64,000 nt of DNA, from positions 17,544-81,543 of the forward strand of contig JBEKHC010000006.1 in the NCBI GenBank assembly GCA_050012475.1, given 5' to 3'. The notes beneath the pieces were generated by a model. The model had not been told where the DNA came from. It did not search any database and worked only from the letters and a program-made list of their open reading frames with translations. Numbering within the stretch: position 1 is the stretch's first letter; every line of letters begins with the position of its first letter. The position numbers and the translations under genes were made by a program. Of the stretch, positions 57,620 to 64,000 are shown piece by piece. This DNA is from Candidatus Velthaea sp. Its GTDB lineage: Bacteria; Vulcanimicrobiota; Vulcanimicrobiia; Vulcanimicrobiales; Vulcanimicrobiaceae.

Positions 57620-57703
57620 TACGCTATACGTTTCAATCTAATCAGCATCCGCCCGTAAGACCGGTCTAAACGGCTTGATTTCATACGCAATGCGTAGTAT
57701 CCT
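57620..57703. promoter_or_regulatory. Candidate MarR operators and promoter TTGATT-17-TATCCT
   Basis: Palindrome TACGCAATGCGTA 57684-57696 inside the spacer; related TACGCTATACGTT 57620-57632; -10 ends 7 nt before ATG 57711 (likely leaderless). Confidence 0.55.
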
Positions 57704-57710
57704 GCGGTCC

Positions 57711-59255
57711 ATGAGCACCGCTGCTCCGATGCGCCCGAACCCGTTGCTCCTCGCCGCGGGGCGGGTGGACATCCTCGCTTGGTCGATCGCCGCGCTCGTC
57801 TTCGTCGCTCACGCGCTCGTAGCCGGACGCTACGATGCGTTTCGGAACGAACTGTATTTCATCGTCTGCGGCCGCCATCCGGCGTTCGGGTACGTCGATC
57901 AACCGCCCGTGGTCCCGCTGCTCGCCGCGCTCACGCAAAGCGCGGGCGACAATGTCCCGCTGCTCCGGCTCCCCGCGGTGGTTGCGGCGGCGTTGCTGGT
58001 TCCCGTGACGGTCTCGCTCGCGCGATTGCTCGGCGCCGGAACGCGCGGCGCATGGCTTGCCGCACTGGCGGCGGCGAGTGCGCCGCTGCTCGTCGGCGTC
58101 ACCACGACCTTGACGACGGCGACGTTCGAGCCTTTGGCCTGGACCGCCGTCGCCTACGCGATCGTGCGCGCGACGGTGCGCGGCGAGCGCCGCATCTTGA
58201 TCCCGGCCGGCATTGCGGCGGGCGTGGCCGCGCAGGCGAAGTATGGAATATTCATTTGGCTCATCGCGCTCGCCATCGGCATCGCCGTTACACCGGCGCG
58301 CCGTTTGCTGGCCACGCGGGAGCTGTGGATCGGGGTCGCTTGCATCGTGGCGATCGCGCTGCCGAATCTCGTGTGGCAAGCCGCGCACGGGCTGCCGTTC
58401 GTGGAAGTGATGCGCAACGACAACGCCGGGAACCTCACCGGTTCGCTGCTCGACTTTACGCGCGACCAAATGCTCGCGATGAACGTCGTGCTGGCGCCGC
58501 TTTGGCTGAGCGGCGTCATCGCGCCGTTCGCGCGCAAAGATCTCGCGCCGTTCCGCTTCCTCGCCTTAACGTTCGTCATCACGGTGCTCCTGGTCTTCGG
58601 CACGCACGGAAAAAGCTATTATCTCGCCGGCGCGTATCCGTCGATGTTCGCCCTGGGTGCAGCAGCCGTTGCCAAACTTCCGCGCTTCCTCATCGGCGGG
58701 TGGTCGCTGCTGGTCATGGGGAATGCAGCGTTGGCACTGCCGTTCGTCGCACCCGTGCTCGCACCGGATGCGCTCGCGCGGTACCTTGCCCACGCCGCGC
58801 TGCGGCCGCGCCCGGTCGAAGTTGCGGGCATCGGCGCGCCGTTGACGCAAGTGTTCTCGGATGAGTTCGGCTGGCGCGAACTCGAGCGCACGGTGGCAAG
58901 CGTCTACCGCGCGCTGCCGGCGCAAGAGCGCCGGAACGCCGCGATCCTGGCCAGCAATTACGGCGAAGCGGCCGCCCTCGACGTCTACGGCGCCGCCGAT
59001 GACTTGCCGCCGGCGCTGAGCGAGCAGAACCAGTATTTTCTGTGGGGAACGCACGGTTACGACGGAACGATCGTCATCGCCGTCAACGCCAGCCCACGCC
59101 GCTGGTCGCGCATTTGCGCCCGCAGCGCGACCGCTGCCCGCTTCGGCGTTCCGTACGCCATGCCGTACGAGCGGGATCGCGCAATCGTCGTGTGCCACGG
59201 AACCATCCTTCCGTTAGCGGAAGCGTGGCCACGCTTCAAACGGTACGGCCTCTAG
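57711..59255 (+). CDS. ArnT/GT39-like membrane glycosyltransferase
   Basis: YDAFRNELYF..GYVDQPP, AKY, PNLVWQ..G.P, GKSYY, GWREL, NYGEAAA, QNQYFLWG. Confidence 0.8.
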   Translation: MSTAAPMRPNPLLLAAGRVDILAWSIAALVFVAHALVAGRYDAFRNELYFIVCGRHPAFGYVDQPPVVPLLAALTQSAGDNVPLLRLPAVVAAALLVPVTVSLARLLGAGTRGAWLAALAAASAPLLVGVTTTLTTATFEPLAWTAVAYAIVRATVRGERRILIPAGIAAGVAAQAKYGIFIWLIALAIGIAVTPARRLLATRELWIGVACIVAIALPNLVWQAAHGLPFVEVMRNDNAGNLTGSLLDFTRDQMLAMNVVLAPLWLSGVIAPFARKDLAPFRFLALTFVITVLLVFGTHGKSYYLAGAYPSMFALGAAAVAKLPRFLIGGWSLLVMGNAALALPFVAPVLAPDALARYLAHAALRPRPVEVAGIGAPLTQVFSDEFGWRELERTVASVYRALPAQERRNAAILASNYGEAAALDVYGAADDLPPALSEQNQYFLWGTHGYDGTIVIAVNASPRRWSRICARSATAARFGVPYAMPYERDRAIVVCHGTILPLAEAWPRFKRYGL

Positions 59256-60049
59256 ATGGATGAAAAGGCCGGTCTCCGAAGCGGAGAGCCGTCTTAAGAG
59301 GTTCCGCGTGACGCACTCGTGGTGCAGTGAAAACCGACCGACCGAAGCCCCGGACGACATCAGCTGTCGTTCCTCAGGCCGTGCTTCCAAGGTTAGCCGG
59401 TTAGACGGTGCGATCGCCTGTGGATCAAGCCAGCGGCGGCTTGATAGTCCGTGGTCGCATCACGAGGTTTACATGCGCGCGCCCGGATCGTGCATCAGCC
59501 GGTGATGAACCTGATTGGCCGTGAGGCCTTTTATGCAAGCGCAGCACAGCCGCAATCCGGATCGTGCCGGGTAAACGTCGTGCGACCGGGACGGCCGGAG
59601 CCACCAGGCCGCGAGCGTGTAAAGGTGTGAAGCGCACGGTCGCGGGGTCGGCGTGCGTCGCGTTGTCACTGCCCGCTGTCGGACAGCCGAACCCTTTTGT
59701 ATTGAATCCGTCTCACGAGGCCCGGTCCGCCGCCGTTCCATCCGAACTTCCGATCGCGCGCGTCTCGGTGGGGATGTCTCGAGCATGTTTAACGCCAAAA
59801 TGCAGAAAACATAACAATCTCAGCACTGCGCTCGAGACGATCAGGTGAACGGGATTCGGGGACGGCACACCTGCAAGAGGCTGTCGCCGCTGGGGATCTC
59901 CAAGCCGGTCTGAGCCGCCGGCGATATGTGCGGGGCGTGTTGACCCTGCAGCGAGTGGAAGGCATCGATCGGCGCCAGCCTTTGACGGAGCTCGCTATGC
60001 TGACCTTCGGCTCATTTCGCAGGTCGGTGCGGTCGAAACATAGCGAAGG

Positions 60050-62317
60050 ATGATCCCCTTGTCGAGCCGCGACGCCCAACGCGTTGCCGAACTCCGGAGT
60101 TTCAATATCCTCGACACGAGCCCGGAAGAGGGGTTTGACTCCATAACGCGGCTCGTTGCCGCGACGTGCGCGGTCCCGATCGCGCTGCTCAGCTTTGTGG
60201 ACACTTCCCGGCAGTGGTTTAAATCGCGCGTAGGCGTGAGCCTTTGCGAAACGTCTCGTGACTCATCGTTTTGCTCGCATGCTATTGCCGATCCAAGCGA
60301 CATCTTTCTCGTACCCGATGCGCTCCTCGATCCGCGTTTTTGCGAGAACCCGCTCGTCGTCGGCGAACCGCATATCCGCTTCTATGCAGGCGTTCGGATC
60401 GTCACGCAAGCGGGCTTCGCTCTGGGAACGCTCTGCGTCATCGATCGGCGGCCGCGCGTTCTGACCCCGGCGCAGCGTACGGTTTTACAATCGGCGGCAA
60501 GTACCGCGCTCTCGCTGCTAAGCTATCGGCGCGCCGAATCTGAGCTGCGCAAAGTTGTAAGCGTAGTCGGGACCCCAAACGCTTACTCGTCGTCGCCGAA
60601 GCTATCCGTCGTGGCACCGGCGAGGTCCGCGGGCGCGGCGCTCGCAAACGAACGCGAGATTCCCACTGCGGTCATCGACGCGCTACCGGGCGTCTTCTTC
60701 GTGTTGGACTCCGGCGGGCAGTTTCTCCTTTGGAACCGCCGGCTCGAAGACGTCAGTGGCTATACAAACGACGAGCTGCAGCAGCTGCTCGCGATCGAAC
60801 TTTTCGAGGGCCACGATCGGCCTCGAGTCACCGAACAGATCTTGCTCGGTTTCGTTCAGGGTGAGGCACACCTCGATGCAGCGTTAGTTACGAAAGCCGG
60901 AACCTCGATCCCCCACTTTTTCACGGCGAATACCGTTGAATTCAAGGGGCGAACCTACCTTGCAGGTATGGGTATCGATATTTCCGATCGCAAGCGCGCC
61001 GAAGAGATGCTCCGACACTCGTCCCTGCACGATCCGCTCACGGGACTTGCGAATCGCCTCTTGATGGAGCAGCGACTCGCAGGAGCCATAGTCGATGCAC
61101 AACGCGATAGTCGCTGCGCTGCCGTTGTCTTTCTCGATCTCGATCGCTTCAAAAACGTCAATGACACCCTCGGCCATCGCGTCGGTGACGAGCTTCTCAT
61201 GTCGGTTGGACGGCGCTTACAAGGCGCAGTGCGCGCGTCGGATACGGTAGCGCGCATCGGCGGCGATGAATTCGTGATAATTGCCGACCTCAACGTCCCG
61301 GCCGACGGATCGGTCATCGTCCAACAGCTCCTTGATGTGTTTCGGGAACCATTCAGCATCTGCGGTATGGTGCTCCATGCAACGGCGAGCATGGGTGTCA
61401 GCATATCGCCCGACGACGGCATCGACGCCGAGAGCCTTCTTCGCAATGCCGACGTTGCCATGTACATCGCGAAGGATCGTGGTCGCAATCAATGTTTTTC
61501 TTATGCGCGCGAGATGCACGTGGCCGCGGCACGTAGGCTGACAACGGAAAACGATCTGCGCCGAGCACTTGAAAATGATGAGTTCGAGCTGTTCTATCAG
61601 CCAGCCGTTGATCTGCAGACCGGACATGCCGTCGCAGCGGAGGCGTTGATACGTTGGCACCATCCGTCGCGTGGCCTACTTGCGCCGAATGAGTTCATCG
61701 ACATCGCCGAAGAGACCGGCCTGATCGTGCCAATGGGTGCGTGGGTGCTGGAACAGGGCGCACGTCAAGCAAAGCGCCTCGGCACGTTGGGTATTCCACC
61801 ATGCCACATTTCCGTCAATGTGTCGGGTCGCCAATTGCGCGATCCAGCGTTCCTTGGCTCGGTACGCGCAGCCATCCAAAGTCAAGGTCTCGAGCCTGAG
61901 ATACTGGGCATTGAGATAACGGAAAGCGCGGCTCTCGGCGACCCGGATGCAGCGCAAGCCGTGCTGCTCGAATGTAAGCGCTTGGGACTGCTGGTTCTTC
62001 TGGACGATTTTGGAACGCATTACTCATCGCTTACGTACGCGAAAAAGTTTCCGATCGACATTATCAAGATCGATAAATCGTTCGTGGACGGCCTTTCGCA
62101 CGACGCCGACGATCAGGGTATCGTTAAGGCGATTATCGGCCTTGCAAGCAGCTTGGATTGCGACCTTGTCGCCGAAGGAGTCGAGACCGAAGTCCAGGCC
62201 AGGTGGCTAACCGATCATCGCTGCCATATCGCAACGGGATACTATTACGCTCGGCCGATGCCCGCCGAAGAATTCGAGAAGTGGCTATGGAGGAGAAGTC
62301 ACGAAGCGGAAGGTTAG
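60050..62317 (+). CDS. GAF-PAS-GGDEF-EAL c-di-GMP enzyme
   Basis: ILDTSPEE.FD..RQWFKS..IRFYAG GAF; HDPLTGLANR, RASD I-site, GGDEF; EAL, EITES, DDFGTHYSS, AEGVE intact. Confidence 0.93.
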   Translation: MIPLSSRDAQRVAELRSFNILDTSPEEGFDSITRLVAATCAVPIALLSFVDTSRQWFKSRVGVSLCETSRDSSFCSHAIADPSDIFLVPDALLDPRFCENPLVVGEPHIRFYAGVRIVTQAGFALGTLCVIDRRPRVLTPAQRTVLQSAASTALSLLSYRRAESELRKVVSVVGTPNAYSSSPKLSVVAPARSAGAALANEREIPTAVIDALPGVFFVLDSGGQFLLWNRRLEDVSGYTNDELQQLLAIELFEGHDRPRVTEQILLGFVQGEAHLDAALVTKAGTSIPHFFTANTVEFKGRTYLAGMGIDISDRKRAEEMLRHSSLHDPLTGLANRLLMEQRLAGAIVDAQRDSRCAAVVFLDLDRFKNVNDTLGHRVGDELLMSVGRRLQGAVRASDTVARIGGDEFVIIADLNVPADGSVIVQQLLDVFREPFSICGMVLHATASMGVSISPDDGIDAESLLRNADVAMYIAKDRGRNQCFSYAREMHVAAARRLTTENDLRRALENDEFELFYQPAVDLQTGHAVAAEALIRWHHPSRGLLAPNEFIDIAEETGLIVPMGAWVLEQGARQAKRLGTLGIPPCHISVNVSGRQLRDPAFLGSVRAAIQSQGLEPEILGIEITESAALGDPDAAQAVLLECKRLGLLVLLDDFGTHYSSLTYAKKFPIDIIKIDKSFVDGLSHDADDQGIVKAIIGLASSLDCDLVAEGVETEVQARWLTDHRCHIATGYYYARPMPAEEFEKWLWRRSHEAEG

Positions 62318-62497
62318 CGCGCTAAGCGACGGTACGACTGTGCGCGGACCCGGAGCGGCCGGAGTCGATCTGGTCCGAGCGCGGTGATGCAGTAAAGTAT
62401 GAGGGCAGAACCCAGACGGTTTGTCACCGCGACGTCGATCGATCCACATCGAAGCGGATGAAAATGCCGGCAGCCGCCCAGTGGGCCCTGCGACACC

Positions 62498-63664
62498 TTA
62501 CATGTTCGTGCGGTAGAAGGCGTTCCAGTACCACGAGCCCCAAATGCCCATCACGCACGAAACCGCGATGAGCACGCGCCACACGGGGTGCAAACCCCGG
62601 CGCGCGGCCAGCGCCATGAGCACGAAGAGAAAAGCTTCGAAATCCAACGCGTGCCGCATGCCGAACTGGATCGAACCGTTCACGTAATACAGCAAATTGG
62701 GGCCGGCGGCGAGCACCGTCGCGCACCACAGCGAAATCACCAGCGGCAGCGGGCGCCAAACAAACAGCGCGAGCAGCAACGCCGGACTCGTCCAGGTCAG
62801 CGCGACGCCCATTTGCGGCGGCGTGAGGTACGGCCAGTGCGGTGCGAACGCCAAACCTTGGGCAAAGAACGACCACAGCTGATACGGCACGTTTTCCAGC
62901 CCGAATGGCGAGCCGACGACGTCCCCGACGTTGACGTCCTGATGGAAGAATATGGTGTGACCGCTATCCCACGGGACATGCCAGCGCACTTCGTTGTACG
63001 CCACCCACAAAACGGCGAACGGCAGCAGCGTCACGAGCGCCGGCAGCAGCGCGCGCCAATCCCGTTTCGGGGCGGCGAAGCCGCACGTCAGCCAATAGGC
63101 GAACGCCGGCAACGTCAAGATGACCGTAAATCGCGAACCGCAGGCCAGGGCAAAAAACAGCGCGACCAGCCAGGGCCGGCCGCGACCCGAGAGCTCACAC
63201 AGCGCGAGCAGCAAGAACGCGGTGCACGCAACGTGTGCCAGATACCAGACGTCGCCGAGCATCGCGCACCACATGAAGTCGGTGCCGAGCAGCATGAATG
63301 CCGCAAGCCAGTCCGCGTCGGCTTCGCCGACGCCGATGTTGCGCGCGAGTTTCCAGGCAGCGCCCGTCCCGGCGCCGGCCAGCGCGCAAGCCAGCAGCGT
63401 TTGGTTCGTTCCCAGATGCCAAATGGCGGCGAACGGAACGAGCAGCAGCCCCGGCACCGGATCATTCACGATATAGCGGTGATTCTCGAACAGCACGGCG
63501 TCGATGTAATCCCCGGGCCAAACGATCCAGATCCGGCCGTGCAGCAGCGCGTCGGCAAACAGCACGTAATTGTTGTACGGCGTCGAGCGGCCGTGCGCAA
63601 AGAGCGCCGTAATGCCGAAACCGACGATGCCGACGATCCACGCGCGCCGCACGGTCGCGTTCAT
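62498..63664 (-). CDS. Multi-TM membrane protein, GT-C fold-like
   Basis: About ten hydrophobic segments with luminal loops (YNNYV..ADA, QFGMRHALD); ATGA overlap with the upstream gene. Confidence 0.7.
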   Translation of the reverse strand: MNATVRRAWIVGIVGFGITALFAHGRSTPYNNYVLFADALLHGRIWIVWPGDYIDAVLFENHRYIVNDPVPGLLLVPFAAIWHLGTNQTLLACALAGAGTGAAWKLARNIGVGEADADWLAAFMLLGTDFMWCAMLGDVWYLAHVACTAFLLLALCELSGRGRPWLVALFFALACGSRFTVILTLPAFAYWLTCGFAAPKRDWRALLPALVTLLPFAVLWVAYNEVRWHVPWDSGHTIFFHQDVNVGDVVGSPFGLENVPYQLWSFFAQGLAFAPHWPYLTPPQMGVALTWTSPALLLALFVWRPLPLVISLWCATVLAAGPNLLYYVNGSIQFGMRHALDFEAFLFVLMALAARRGLHPVWRVLIAVSCVMGIWGSWYWNAFYRTNM

Positions 63665-64000
63665 GGCAGTGCCGCGAGGGCCGAGAACAGATGCGGCGCG
63701 GGAGTCAGGAGTTGCTGCTCGCGGACACGCAGGCCGGGCACGGACAGAATCGGATCGTCGCTCACGAAGACGATCGGCCGGTCAGCCAGCCAAGCCGGAT
63801 AGTACGCGCTGTAGTCTTCGGGCCAGCCGGTCACGACGATGCGCCGGCCAAAGTTTTTTTCCACGTAGGCCGCGTAGGCCAGCGGTGTGGCGTACATCCA
63901 CGGTGCAACGACGATCGCGTTGGCTGGCGTTTCGCGCACGACGCGCGCGATGAACTGCCGCGCCGAATCGTCTTGCGTGATAAAAAATGCGCCACGATTC
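63661..64000 (-). CDS. C-terminal part of a hypothetical protein; 5' end outside the window
   Basis: Frame open to the window end (..TPANAIVVAPWMYATPLAYAAYVE..); stop overlaps the next start. Confidence 0.6.
   Translation of the reverse strand, partial: NRGAFFITQDDSARQFIARVVRETPANAIVVAPWMYATPLAYAAYVEKNFGRRIVVTGWPEDYSAYYPAWLADRPIVFVSDDPILSVPGLRVREQQLLTPAPHLFSALAALP

Overview
High-GC (by eye mid-60s %) bacterial chromosomal window with gene content suggestive of an anoxygenic phototroph (bchE, bchJ, bacteriophytochrome). An Eremiobacterota/Vulcanimicrobiota-like host is a guess from gene content, not a search result. In order: a bacteriophytochrome-diguanylate cyclase running off the left edge (absent from the ORF track); an oxalate module (OxlT-like MFS, oxalate-CoA ligase-like, PanE-like reductase); a minus-strand run ahbD-like/ahbC-like/bchE/bchJ followed by a HlyD/ABC exporter; DUF411 and aidB-like genes; a 1.4 kb non-coding gap between convergent genes holding a periodic (~67 bp) array of six CGT-N12-ACA-type boxes and five 9-10 bp direct repeats; HD-GYP and MalT-like STAND regulator; REC-PAS-GGDEF-EAL; glnA; peptide SBP; Lrp-kdd-kamA; LOG; a ~185 bp MITE; phaZ; a lipoyl-E2-E1 fused 2-oxoglutarate dehydrogenase; tRNA-Leu(CAG); EamA; penicillin acylase-like; two internally deleted oxidoreductases; TetR/SDR/MFS genes; tandem lipoprotein paralogs; PPi-PFK; Ku with split LigD; MarR; membrane glycosyltransferase-like genes; and GAF-PAS-GGDEF-EAL. 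The most unexplained signals are the periodic box array at about 15.96-16.33 kb, the Ahb-like radical SAM pair placed directly ahead of bchE/bchJ, and the phytochrome with a rewritten PHY tongue.
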